Shown here: positions 11,561-25,025 of the stretch, in pieces
Position numbering within the stretch: the first letter of the stretch is position 1
Layout of the letters: each line of letters begins with the position of its first letter
Assembly: GCA_964016885.1 (NCBI GenBank)
Contig: OZ024762.1
Location: 14,942,001-15,006,000, forward strand
Direction: 5' to 3'
Source: Eledone cirrhosa
Lineage: Eukaryota
DNA length: 64,000 bases
Notes under the pieces: generated by a model
The model's database searches: none
Seen by the model: only the letters and a program-made list of their open reading frames with translations
What the model was told of the DNA's origin: nothing
Position numbers and translations under genes: made by a program

Positions 11561-13241
11561 TTATTATTATTATAGAACGAAAACAAACATATAATATATA
11601 CAAATATAGACGCAAAAACAGATTTAAAAAAAAAAACATTAAAAAAGGAGAAGAAAAAAAGGGAGTGGCAATTTACCACCAAGTGCGACAATCGGCCACA
11701 TTTAAACACTTTGAGGCAAGCCAACATGTTCGCAGCATTGTCACTGGTGATGGCAAGGCTAAGCCACTGAAATAACCAAGCCCCCTCACGGTCATTACCT
11801 CATACCTCAGTAAGGCGAGCCGCCAACGATGACAAGAACTTCACTGTCTGAGGCCCGACTCCACCAAACGTCTCACCCCATAAAACACACCACTGTCAGT
11901 GACTCTTTTGTCTTTACCCCACATCCGAGATAAACAAAATAAACTTCTGAAATAAAATGTTTTATAAAACTACTACAAAATTAAAATTATTTTTACCTAT
12001 ATAAAATCTGGAAATATAAACAAGATCTACAAAAAATGTTATAACATCACTTATAAATAAGCGAAGTTAGATAGAAAATCTTTTTCGCCTATCTTGTTTA
12101 TACTCCCAGAATTAGAGTTTATTCTCATTTAATTTATATATATATATATATATAATTTAATGTATAATAAATATTTACCTCTGTTACTTACATAGAGCAC
12201 TCTTCATTCCTTTTACTTTTTCCACGGAAACTTCAACACACACACACACATATATATATATTCATAGGGTCTGTTGTTTAACCAGGGATCAGCTCTGTGG
12301 TAGCAGACCTCGAACGAAGGACGGCCTACCCTTGATTAACCCAACAAGGTATCGTTCTGTGTATCGAAGATGACACTGTTTTTTTTAGGGAGATTTGGCT
12401 GCTATTTCTAGTACATCTCAACAGGGCAAGTCCCTATGTGATCACTCAATAAACTAGAAATAGCAGACAAATCTTCCTAAAATATAAACACCCAAATGTC
12501 TTTAAATACATATAAAAGTTAACTCATGGAACTTACCTTGGATGTATTCCACCATAACAGCACATTCGACTTCCCAGTATCTTGTATAGACAAAGGTAAG
12601 TAGGTATCTACATTTATAAATGTCTCTCTATATATATATGTCAGTTCAAAATCCGGCAATCCGGAGGCTAGTTAATCCATGGTAATCCGTGTTCAGGGTA
12701 ATTATCCAGGTTCGAATGGCAGTTAGGCCGCGTAAGAGTGGGAAAATAGTTGATAAATGAAACAAATCAAACACAGGGATGTAAAAATACAAAGTCATAG
12801 GTTCCCGCTCGGAGCAAGTGAAAGTGTGTTTGAATTTTAACAGGCTAATAGTTTATTTGCTTCGTTTAATGTCTATGGTACTTCACAGCATCTCTCCACC
12901 TTTAAACATTAACAACATGAGAACCTTAGAGTTCCCTCCAAATACTAAGCCTCACTTTCACTAACCAACTCTCATGTACATTACTAAACATGGCTGTAAC
13001 TTCAACATCGTTGGATCAGGATTAACTTATGTCCAAGGTAAATAGAAGAAAACAATTTATTTAGGAACGTTGGGACTTCCCTCTAATGATGTTTAAGGAA
13101 AGCTAATTTATTTGAAACATTGCCGCCGGTGATAGCGAGGCTAAGTCGTGGAATAACCAAGTATTTTCACTAGGAGATTAAACTGGTTCGTGTATACATA
13201 TAAGTTTATTATTTCTGTTTACCTTTTACACACAAATATAT

Positions 13242-13329
<88 letters not shown>

Positions 13330-14068
13330 GACAAGAGACTGCGTACGTGTGGTGTAATTATGATGCCAAACTCTGGTGCTGTTGAATTACTTCCAGTACA
13401 ATGGAGTGTGACTCGCCATAATACAGAAAATTGTGTGAGTCTTTATTTTTTTAACTAATTTTATTGGGGTTGAAAATAAGTTAAAAATAAGTTGAAGTTT
13501 ATTTTGTTTATCTCAGATTTTGGGGGAAAGACAAGAGAGTTACTGACAGTGGTATGTTTTATGCGGTTTCTACCTCTAACACAAGGATAAATGGTAAAAC
13601 CATCGAGTCTATAACAATCCACTATTAGCATTCAAGCTTTTCTAATACATTCCATTGCTGCAAATGTATGTTATTATTAGTTTTAAGGAGTTTTAAACTG
13701 GTTCCATACCTTTCAGCAGATGACAGTTCACGACATACGACTTATTTTGGTTATCTCCCTTTCACTACATTTGAACCAAATATCTACACACGCATTTATC
13801 TTCTTATGCCCAGTATTTCTCTCAAATCATCCGAGGTTCGTCGTTCAGTTTCTCGTACGTTACACATCCACTGATATATGTTTGATTTGTACATATACAC
13901 ACAAGACATATATATATATATGTGTATGTATGTCTTGTGTGTATATGTACAAACGGCCGGAGCTCAGCCATCGGGGTCCTGAATCTTGCCGTTTCGACAG
14001 CTAGATTCGAACAGTTCTGATCTAGCTGTCGAAATGCCCGGAGGTCAGCCGTCGGAGTCCTACTGGTT

Positions 14069-14126
<58 letters not shown>

Positions 14127-14564
14127 TAACAGATTAAAGTTTAAGCAAATAATCGCTGCTTTCACCCTTAACAGGATCTTCTCTCTCTCTCTCTATGTAT
14201 ATATATATATTCATTTAGGTTTGTTGGTTCACCACTGAATAGAACTGGTCAGTCCGTATAGTCAACCTTGATGTAATATTAGGGAGAGCACTCGACGTAA
14301 TGCAACTCACCCATCTTCGTTTGTGTTGTTGGTGGTGTGAGTACGGAGTTAATTATTATAAAATAACAGGAGGCTGGACTGGTGTAATTTCTTAAAGGTT
14401 TATTATACTATGAACATTTCAATGACCGGGTTACAGTATGAATCCGGTGACATAATCAGGTATTCGAAATTTAACAAAGGAATATAATAGACACAATCCA
14501 TGGGGCTGAAAAGAACGAGAGGGCGGCCAAACATTTAGCAGTTTCCAGTCCGGTTGGCCGCCCT

Positions 14565-14663
<99 letters not shown>

Positions 14664-14777
14664 GAAGTCAGATTTGCAGCTTTTTAAGAAACTTTATTGC
14701 ATATTACAATTGTTTCAATATCGATCAGCTCGGGTTTGATCAGACGATCGGATCCCAACTCGATATAAATTTGTATA

Positions 14778-17700
14778 TCAAATATATACAAGTAAATGCT
14801 GTCAATATGGTTTCAAACTTTAGAAGACTTTGAAGTAAAACATTTGCTTCATATTTTGTCTTTGTATCAAACTTGTCTGAATTTTGTATCATTGATAATC
14901 ATGTCAATAGACTAACAAAAGTACTGACAGTGGCATCATCAAAACCTCCAAATATAGTTATTGCTGCATTGGGTTTTCCTGCCCATCTGGTCTCACCAAT
15001 TAGTTTTAACCCTTTAGCATTTACATTACTCTATATATACGTAATATTTTTTGTATACAAGCTTTATCTTTCATAATATCTCACATAATATCAAATATTA
15101 CTCCTATATATACGTAATATTTTTATAGAAAAGCTCTATCTTTCATAATTATCTCACATAATATCAAATCTATGAGATTTTGATATTATCTATTTTGAGC
15201 CTTTCCGTGTTCTAGATGTTTGATTCTTTGTCCAGACTTGTTTTACACTGCAGAAACGTGAGCTGCCATAATGGAGTCATATTTTGCCATCAACAGCACT
15301 GTAGCTAAAAAATTGCCATGATTCATAACCTCATTATCCAGAGTGTAGGCCGCGATTCATTTCTGTGACCTCGAAAAGGAAGTGTTTGCTTGCTTCACAT
15401 CTTTATGATGTCTATACTTCTCATGACAACACTTTTCGGCTTCAATACTTCTTTCCTTTTAATTATCTAAGGTGCCATTATTAACCACACTGATATATTG
15501 CTGAGCATTTCTGACATGTGTTGTAGATTTGTGTAAAGCCAAGCTCTATTTCTGACATGTGTTGTAGATTTGTGTAAAGCCAAGGTCTATTTCTGACATG
15601 TGTTGTAGATTTGTGTAAAGCCAAGCTCTATTTCTGACATGTGTTGTAGATTTGTGTAAAGCCAAGCTCTATTTCTGACATGTGTTGTAGATTTGTGTAA
15701 AGCCAAGCTCTATTTCTGACATGTGTTGTAGATTTGTGTAAAGCCAAGGTCTATTTCTGACATGTGTTGTAGATTTGTGTAAAGCCAAGGTCTATTTCTG
15801 ACATGTGTTGTAGATTTGTGTAAAGCCAAGGTCTATTTCTGACATGTGTTGTAGATTTGTATAAAGCCAAGGTCTATTTCTGACATGTGTTGTAGATTTG
15901 TGTAAAGCCATGGTCTATTTCTGACATGTGTTGTAGATTTGTGTAAAGCCAAGGTCTATTTCTGACATGTGTTGTAGATTTGTATAAAGCCAAGGTCTAT
16001 TTCTGACATGTGTTGTAGATTTGTGTAAAGCCAAGGTCTATTTCTGACATGTGTTGTAGATTTGTGTAAAGCCAAGGTCTATTTCTGACATGTGTTGTAG
16101 ATTTGTGTAAAGCCAAGCTCTATTTCTGACATGTGTTGTAGATTTGTGTAAAGCCAAGGTCTATTTCTGACATGTGTTGTAGATTTGTGTAAAGCCAAGG
16201 TCTATTTCTGACATGTGTTGTAGATTTGTGTAAAGCCAAGGTCTATTTCTGACATGTGTTGTAGATTTGTGTAAAGCCAAGGTCTATTTCTGACATGTGT
16301 TGTAGATTTGTGTAAAGCCAAGCTCTATTTCTGACATGTGTTGTAGATTTGTGTAAAGCCAAGGTCTATTTCTGACATGTGTTGTAGATTTGTGTAAAGC
16401 CAAGGTCTATTTCTGACATGTGTTGTAGATTTGTGTAAAGCCAAGGTCTATTTCTGACATGTGTTGTAGATTTGTGTAAAGCCAAGGTCTATTTCTGACA
16501 TGTGTTGTAGATTTGTGTAAAGCCAAGCTCTATTTCTGACATGTGTTGTAGATTTGTGTAAAGCCAAGGTCTATTTCTGACATGTGTTGTAGATTTGTGT
16601 AAAGCCAAGGTCTATTTCTGACATGTGTTGTAGATTTGTGTAAAGCCAAGGTCTATTTCTGACATGTGTTGTAGATTTGTGTAAAGCCAAGGTCTATTTC
16701 TGACATGTGTTGTAGATTTGTGTAAAGCCAAGGTCTATTTCTGACATGTGTTGTAGATTTGTGTAAAGCCAAGCTCTATTTCTGACATGTGTTGTAGATT
16801 TGTGTAAAGCCAAGGTCTATTTCTGACATGTGTTGTAGATTTGTGTAAAGCCAAGCTCTATTTCTGACATGTGTTGTAGATTTGTGTAAAGCCAAGGTCT
16901 ATTTCTGACATGTGTTGTAGATTTGTGTAAAGCCAAGCTCTATTTCTGACATGTGTTGTAGATTTGTGTAAAGCCAAGGTCTATTTCTGACATGTGTTGT
17001 AGATTTGTGTAAAGCCAAGGTCTATTTCTGACATGTGTTGTAGATTTGTGTAAAGCCAAGCTCTATTTCTGACATGTGTTGTAGATTTGTGTAAAGCCAA
17101 GGTCTATTTCTGACATGTGTTGTAGATTTGTGTAAAGCCAAGGTCTATTTCTGACATGTGTTGTAGATTTGTGTAAAGCCAAGGTCTATTTCTGACATGT
17201 GTTGTAGATTTGTGTAAAGCCAAGGTCTATTTCTGACATGTGTTGTAGATTTGTGTAAAGCCAAGGTCTATTTCTGACATGTGTTGTAGATTTGTGTAAA
17301 GCCAAGGTCTATTTCTGACATGTGTTGTAGATTTGTGTAAAGCCAAGGTCTATTTCTGACATGTGTTGTAGATTTGTGTAAAGCCAAGGTCTATTTCTGA
17401 CATGTGTTGTAGATTTGTGTAAAGCCAAGGTCTATTTCTGACATGTGTTGTAGATTTGTGTAAAGCCAAGGTCTATTTCTGACATGTGTTGTAGATTTGT
17501 GTAAAGCCAAGCTCTATTTCTGACATGTGTTGTAGATTTGTGTAAAGCCAAGGTCTATTTCTGACATGTGTTGTAGATTTGTGTAAAGCCAAGGTCTATT
17601 TCTGACATGTGTTGTAGATTTGTGTAAAGCCAAGGTCTATTTCTGACATGTGTTGTAGATTTGTGTAAAGCCAAGGTCTATTTCTGACATGTGTTGTAGA

Positions 17701-19180
17701 TTTGTATAAAGCCAAGGTCTATTTCTGACATGTGTTGTAGATTTGTGTAAAGCCAAGGTCTATTTCTGACGTGTTGTAGATTTGTGTAAAGCCAAGCTCT
17801 ATTTCTGACATGTGTTGTAGATTTGTGTAAAGCCAAGGTCTATTTCTGACATGTGTTGTAGATTTGTGTAAAGCCAAGGTCTATTTCTGACATGTGTTGT
17901 AGATTTGTGTAAAGCCAAGGTCTATTTCTGACATGTGTTGTAGATTTGTGTAAAGCCAAGCTCTATTTCTGACATGTGTTGTAGATTTGTGTAAAGCCAA
18001 GGTCTATTTCTGACATGTGTTGTAGATTTGTGTAAAGCCAAGGTCTATTTCTGACATGTGTTGTAGATTTGTGTAAAGCCAAGCTCTATTTCTGACATGT
18101 GTTGTAGATTTGTGTAAAGCCAAGGTCTATTTCTGACATGTGTTGTAGATTTGTGTAAAGCCAAGCTCTATTTCTGACATGTGTTGTAGATTTGTGTAAA
18201 GCCAAGGTCTATTTCTGACATGTGTTGTAGATTTGTGTAAAGCCAAGGTCTATTTCTGACATGTGTTGTAGATTTGTGTAAAGCCAAGGTCTATTTCTGA
18301 CATGTGTTGTAGATTTGTGTAAAGCCAAGGTCTATTTCTGACATGTGTTGTAGATTTGTGTAAAGCCAAGGTCTATTTCTGACATGTGTTGTAGATTTGT
18401 ATAAAGCCAAGGTCTATTTCTGACATGTGTTGTAGATTTGTATAAAGCCAAGGTCTATTTCTGACGTGTTGTAGATTTGTGTAAAGCCAAGCTCTATTTC
18501 TGACATGTGTTGTAGATTTGTGTAAAGCCAAGGTCTATTTCTGACATGTGTTGTAGATTTGTATAAAGCCAAGGTCTATTTCTGACATGTGTTGTAGATT
18601 TGTGTAAAGCCAAGGTCTATTTCTGACATGTGTTGTAGATTTGTATAAAGCCAAGGTCTATTTCTGACATGTGTTGTAGATTTGTATAAAGCCAAGGTCT
18701 ATTTCTGACGTGTTGTAGATTTGTGTAAAGCCAAGCTCTATTTCTGACATGTGTTGTAGATTTGTGTAAAGCCAAGGTCTATTTCTGACATGTGTTGTAG
18801 ATTTGTGTAAAGCCAAGGTCTATTTCTGACATGTGTTGTAGATTTGTATAAAGCCAAGGTCTATTTCTGACATGTGTTGTAGATTTGTATAAAGCCAAGG
18901 TCTATTTCTGACGTGTTGTAGATTTGTGTAAAGCCAAGCTCTATTTCTGACATGTGTTGTAGATTTGTGTAAAGCCAAGGTCTATTTCTGACATGTGTTG
19001 TAGATTTGTATAAAGCCAAGGTCTATTTCTGACGTGTTGTAGATTTGTGTAAAGCCAAGCTCTATTTCTGACGTGTTGTAGATTTGTGTAAAGCCAAGCT
19101 CTGGCTAACACGCCTGTAATCATTAAAGCCAAGTACAAAGGGTGATAGATTACAAGTGTTGGGAGACTCAAAGGATACAT
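14778..19180 (-). pseudogene. Decayed hAT-family (ZMYM1/DUF4371-like) transposase, split by a satellite and a MITE
   Basis: Minus strand, in order: SPFVLGFNDYRRVSQSLALHKSTTHVRNAQQY (19150 down to 15490, across the satellite); KQTLPFRGHRNES..YTLDNEVMNHGNFLATVLLMAKYD (15225-15460); KLIGETRWAGK..IFG..LLKFETILTA (14778-15007). Stops and frameshifts present. Confidence 0.75.
15508..19101. repeat. 41-bp satellite, about 88 units (tttctgacatgtgttgtagatttgtgtaaagccaaggtcta)
   Basis: Period 41 (ctgacatgtg at 15511, 15552, 15593). Few recurring variants: aagG/Ctcta, gtG/Ataaa and a 2-bp deletion. Confidence 0.98.
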
Positions 19181-19184
19181 GACT

Positions 19185-19570
19185 CAGTCTTAACTACATC
19201 TAATGCTGCAGTGACTTCATCAAGGAAGGACCTGTATTCGGACTCCTTGTTTGGTACACAGGCCTATGTTGCAGCCTATACTTCAAGAGGCAAATCCTCC
19301 TTCCTAATGGGATCCAGTCCATAACACATTCTGACAGCCGGGAGCTTGTGAATGTCCCTATACCAACCTGTGTTGTCATTTCTGGCACCACACCTGAGTA
19401 GTGGAGTTTCCATCCTACATTCAAATCTACAGTATCAGAGCCATGGGACCTTGTTGGGGAAACTCTGATTATATCCTAGCCGGTAGCATCTAGCCTCTTC
19501 CACTAGTTCCTGCTCCTTATCTGTAAGAGTTGTGATGTTCCAGGTTCCAATTGTCAAGGTTTTCTCCATT
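19185..19570 (-). mobile_element. RTE-clade (Rex3/Expander-like) LINE AP-endonuclease fragment
   Basis: LTIGTWNITTLTDKEQELVEEARCYRL..GWKLHYSGV..VGIG..VMDWIPL; frameshifted. Confidence 0.75.
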
Positions 19571-19771
19571 CTGAACTCTCTTTGAGGTTCTCAATACACA
19601 TCATCATCATCATCACTGTTTAACGTCCATGTTTCCATGCTGGCATGGGTTAGACGAGTTGTCCTGTTGTGAACAATGTCAGGTCAGGTGGCTTTATCTT
19701 ACTCATACAGAACCAATTTATATATATATGGTAGTGAGACATGGGCAGCAACTGCAGAAGATATGCCATGC

Positions 19772-19813
<42 letters not shown>

Positions 19814-19941
19814 CACTCTTCACTCTTATGACTTTTTCAATTTTCATATATTGTATTGTTTATTATACATTAAATTTAGCTCTGTAACTTACATAGAGCA
19901 CTCTTCACTCCTATGAGTTTTTCAATTTTCAACGGAAACTT

Positions 19942-19985
<44 letters not shown>

Positions 19986-19987
<2 letters not shown>

Positions 19988-20467
19988 AAAGTTATATTTA
20001 AATTGTTGGGTTACAACTAGTAAATATTAATAACTGATATAAAAGCACTCGACAAATATTTGGAGTATCTTTACGATATTAAATAAATGGAAACTATATT
20101 TATAAAACCATATTTATTTCATTATATATATTTCAGGGATATCATATTAACAATATGCTATGCCTTCCTCAGACAAAATACAATATAAACAGTTTTATAG
20201 ATAAATAGATTTGACATACCGTACAACATCGACTTGTATTTGAAAAGTTGAATTGGCTGTCAATTCAACTTTTCAAATACAGCCAATTCAACTTTTCAAA
20301 TACAAATCGATGTTGTACGGTATGTCAAATCTATTTATCTATAAAACTGTTTATATTGTATTTTGTCTGAGGAAGGCATAGCATATTGTTAATATGATAT
20401 CCCTGAAATATATATAATGAAATAAATATGGTTTTATAAATATAGTTTCCATTTATTTAATATCGTA
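19986..20467. mobile_element. Family F fold-back element, second locus
   Basis: ~200-bp inverted arms. Plus-strand fold 20361-20422: ttttgt-CTGAGGA..GAAA-tatata-TA-atgaaa. Confidence 0.75.
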
Positions 20468-20486
20468 TATATATATATATATATAT

Positions 20487-20912
20487 ATGCATGGCAGCAA
20501 CTGCAGAAGATATGCGATGGCTGGAGAGGAGAGAAATGAAGCAAGTATGCTCCGTTGGATGTGCCAATGCCAATGGGTGTGAACAACCAAGCATGGATGA
20601 GTTGAGAAAGAAACTGGGTATAAGAAGGATAAGTTGTGGTGTGCAGGAGAGAAGGCTGAGATGGTATGGACATGTGATGTGCATGGAGGATGACCGATGG
20701 GTAAAGAAGTGCCAGGAAGTCCCAGTGGAGGGAAGACGCAGTAGAGGTAGACCACGAAAAACATGGGCGGAGGTGGTGAGAGCAGACCTCAGATCACTGA
20801 AACTCACGGAGGAGATGACGAAGTACCGTGACGGGTGGAGAGATGCTGTGCTGAATAGGACCCGTCCAACCCTTGCAAGCAGGGAAAAGCGGACGTAAAA
20901 TGATGATGATGA
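20487..20912 (+). mobile_element. RTE LINE 3' end
   Basis: QERRLRWYGHV..VEGRRSRGRPRKTW; (GAT)n tail. Confidence 0.9.
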
Positions 20913-20927
20913 TATATATATTTATAT

Positions 20928-21290
20928 ATGTGTAAAAGGTAAACAGAAATAACAACACAATCAGTACAGTATATGGAAGGGATATATTAAGTTAACGCTT
21001 GATATAGCAGGAAGAGGGTCTTAACGTTTCGGACGCTAGTCCTTCATCAGAAGAAAGAATGAGAAATAAGATAGATTGAGGGGACGGGCGGGATGGAATT
21101 GGAAAAAATGTCTTTAGATAAAAATAACAGGTCCATTCATGTTGACATCTCTTGCAAAACTGTTGGTGTTGGCGTTTTGTGTATGATTTTTTCTAATTGG
21201 ATTTTCACCCCGAAACTGGATACCAACCCTGAGTACACCTGAACTTCCACCAGGAAATCTTTCGTATCATTGAAATTTTCTTTGCTTCTT
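20928..21290 (-). mobile_element. Family G: minimal hammerhead element
   Basis: Minus strand 21019-21054: tctt-CTGATGA-a-ggac-tagc-gtcc-GAAA-cgtt-aaga. Copies at 48288-48480(-), 53615-53712(+) and 61720-61830(-). Confidence 0.8.
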
Positions 21291-23587
21291 ATATATATAT
21301 AAGATCAACATACATATAGATAAATAAGTGTAAACATATATATATGTGGTGTCCCTCCTTTTTCACTTGCATCAGTCAGTTCAGGAATTTGTCCTTTCAT
21401 TGCATTGAACTAAAAATACCCTGTAAATTAGTATATTACTCCAATTAATATTATAATTATAACTATATTATAATATTTGTATTATATATACAGGGTGTCT
21501 CAGGAAAAATGTATACACAAAGGTTGTACATTCTAATAAATATTACCTGTACAGATAATCAAAGTGTGTATACATTTTGGGAAGACACCCTGTATATATA
21601 TATAGAGAGAGAGGGGGGAGGGGAGAAACCTTAATAGGTAAACCACGCTCCTCAAACAACAGCAAGCATCACGCCAACAATTCTTCTTTCACCATCTATC
21701 ACGGCTTGCAATGATTACAGTTACCTCCCCCTAACCGAAAGACTCGCATTTTGCTCACTTCGTCCATTTTCTACTTCATCTCTCTATCTATCTAACTAAC
21801 TACTTACCTATCTATTTATTTAGCTATCTGTCTATCTATCTAACTACCTACCGACCTATCTTATTTATGTACCTTTCATGAAAGGTGGGTGAAAGTGGCG
21901 AGAATGGCCCGAGTGAATGGGCCTTCTCTCTATATCAGCCTGTAGGTTGAGGAAAAAGAGGAAGAGAGGAAAGGGGTACAAACTCTTCGTATTCCTGGAG
22001 ATGAGGGTTGCACATTTTTTCGGTGCTATGTGTTACCCATATGTAATGTCTCCCCCTATTGGGGAAAATCGATTAATTTTTAAATTGCATTTGTGATAGT
22101 ATTTTACACGTTTTTATTGTATGTAAACTTCCCCCTTTGTATTTGTCCCCTTTTTTTTCTGCCCCTGTGGCTAATAAAGAAACATATCTTATTTATGTAT
22201 CTGTCTGTCTGTCTATTCGTTTACCTATCTATCTATATGTCCGTCTGTCTGTCTATCCATCTATCTACCTACCTACTATCTATCTATATATCTATCTGTC
22301 TATCTATTTACTGTAGACGTAGCATGATTAAGAAGTTAAGAAGTTCGATTCGCTTTGTAATCAATAAGTCCCGTGTTCGATCCCACTGCCACTGCCTGGC
22401 ATCTTGGGCAGATGTCATTTGTCATAGCTGAATCTCCCTGAGAAATATGTTAAGGAGTACGCATCTCTGTGGAATACACAGCCGTATGCTAATTTGATCA
22501 AACGACATGAAAACTCATCGTTGGAATCGGTGGAGGCCCATTCCATTCTATCTATCTGCGTCTCTCTCTAAAATAACTCTGTCTTACTCCCCCTCCTCTC
22601 CCCCACCCTCATCTCGTTGCATCTATCTATCTAGTAATCTTCTCTTTCTCGCTCTCCCTGTACACACGCACACACATCAAAGTATCTCTTTCTCTCTCTC
22701 CCTCGAAAAAAAAAATATATATTCGCATACATATATATATATACACACGTATATATATATATATATATATATTTATTAAAATAACAGATTAAAGTTTAAG
22801 CAAAGAATCGCTTGGATTTTAGTCTTCAAATTTATTATTATTACTATATATATATACACATAAATGGATACACACACACATATATATAAATGTTCGATAT
22901 AACCCATACGTACATATGTATGTGTATATATGAGTGTTTGTGTGAATATTTACATACATCCATATACATCCCTCTCTCTTTACAAATGCAAGTATCTATC
23001 TATCTATCTATCTCTAGATTCCCCTCTCTCTCTCCCTCTTCCTTCTTCTCCTTTATCACACACCTACACAGAGAACGAGAGAGAAAGAGAGCGAGAGAGA
23101 GAACAAACGAAAAAGACAGAGAGAGAATAAACGAAAAAGACAAAGAGATAGAGCGAGAGAGAAATTGAAAGAGAGAGAGTTAGTTCTCATCTAACTCGCC
23201 TCCTACCTCGCTACTAACTTATTATACTCTACATTACAACATACCGCTATCATTTACCTTACTCCCACTACTCCTAGTCGCAGTCTTACCTCAGTCACAC
23301 GCAATCTAGTTAGAAACTTACCCATAATTCCTCATTCCTTACATTGTGTTTAGACAAGACTGACAAGGCGCCATTAAATGCTTCTGTATTCTACAGAAAA
23401 AGTACGAATATCTAGCTTCGCCTTGCCTGCTTTTAGTCATTTCCAACCCAAAAATATTGTGAGTATACATTGTCCATTATATTTCTGTTTATTTTCTTGT
23501 TGTTATGCCTATATTTTTGTTTAAATATAATCGATCTAAAAGATTCTTAAATGACATTTCATTTTTGATCGCATTCCACATCGGATC

Positions 23588-23732
<145 letters not shown>

Positions 23733-23782
23733 ATATATATTCATTCTAACATCATTTTACTTAAATTTGATGTGTATATATG

Positions 23783-23814
<32 letters not shown>

Positions 23815-24108
23815 TATTGATATATATTTATCCTTATCGAGCCCTCTGGATTTTAGTCTTCAAATTTATTATTATTACTATATATATATATTTAGAGAGA
23901 GAGAGAGACAAATGTGTCTATATATAATATATATATATATACACACACACAACATATTATAGAGAGAGAGAGACAAATGTGCCTTGATGTATATATGTAT
24001 CTATTTATAATATATATATATATACACACATATATAGACATGTAAATGTGTCTTGATCTGTGTCTATATATATATATACACAAATATATAGACATGTAAA
24101 TGTATCTA

Positions 24109-24147
<39 letters not shown>

Positions 24148-24973
24148 GGGGGGGGGGGGTATGTATATATATATAGGAAAAGAGTCGGGACCCCTACGGC
24201 TGAGCTCCGGCCGTATATAAATATCTCTCTCTATATATATATTACCATTACGATATATATATATATCGTAATGGTAATAATTCCTTGGCATTGCTCGTAC
24301 AACACAAATGTCTTAAAAGGTAGAGAAGCAGATCGAATCCCATCAAATATTTCCGTATGATGGGACGATTGCCACTGATCACATCCATCCCAACCCCCAC
24401 AAACAAAACAAGGGATCGATTAAATACAGTACCCCCATCAGTTCAGGATGTCCCCGAAAAATGTATATACACTTCAGTTTTCTGATAACTGTATATACAT
24501 TTTTGGGACCATCCGCGTATGTGTATATCTCTCTCTCTTACACACACACACACACATATGTCCCACCAAAATGTATACACAGCATTCTAATAAATATTGC
24601 CTGTACAGGTAATCAAAGTGTGTATACATTTTGGGGGTACACCCTGTGTGTATATATATATATATTATAGTATAATGTAAAGGTACCGTGTTTTTAATAT
24701 GCAGGGTGTTTCAGAAAAATGTATACACATTCATTAGAATGCTGTTAAAGTATGTATACATTTTTTGGGGACACCCTGTATAACCTCTCCATTGTTTTTT
24801 CCTCCTTCAAATTTGTATGGTGGGCTTGTTAGTTTAAATTATTCTTTTACTGGTTTCTCTCATTAGACGGCGGCCATGCTGGAGCACCGCCTAAAAAAGG
24901 AAATTAAGTCGATCGTATCGATTCCCCCTTTTTGCCGATCAGCTAAATTAGGGGTCATAATTATAGACACAAA

Positions 24974-25025
<52 letters not shown>

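Noticed and set aside
14405-14470. Minus-strand CTGATTA...GAAA fold
   Set aside because: G8 is missing and stems I and III are poor; possibly a decayed member but not supportable as a ribozyme.
15508-19101. CRISPR-like regular array
   Set aside because: Units are contiguous with no unique spacers, there are no cas genes, and the context is eukaryotic; it is a satellite.
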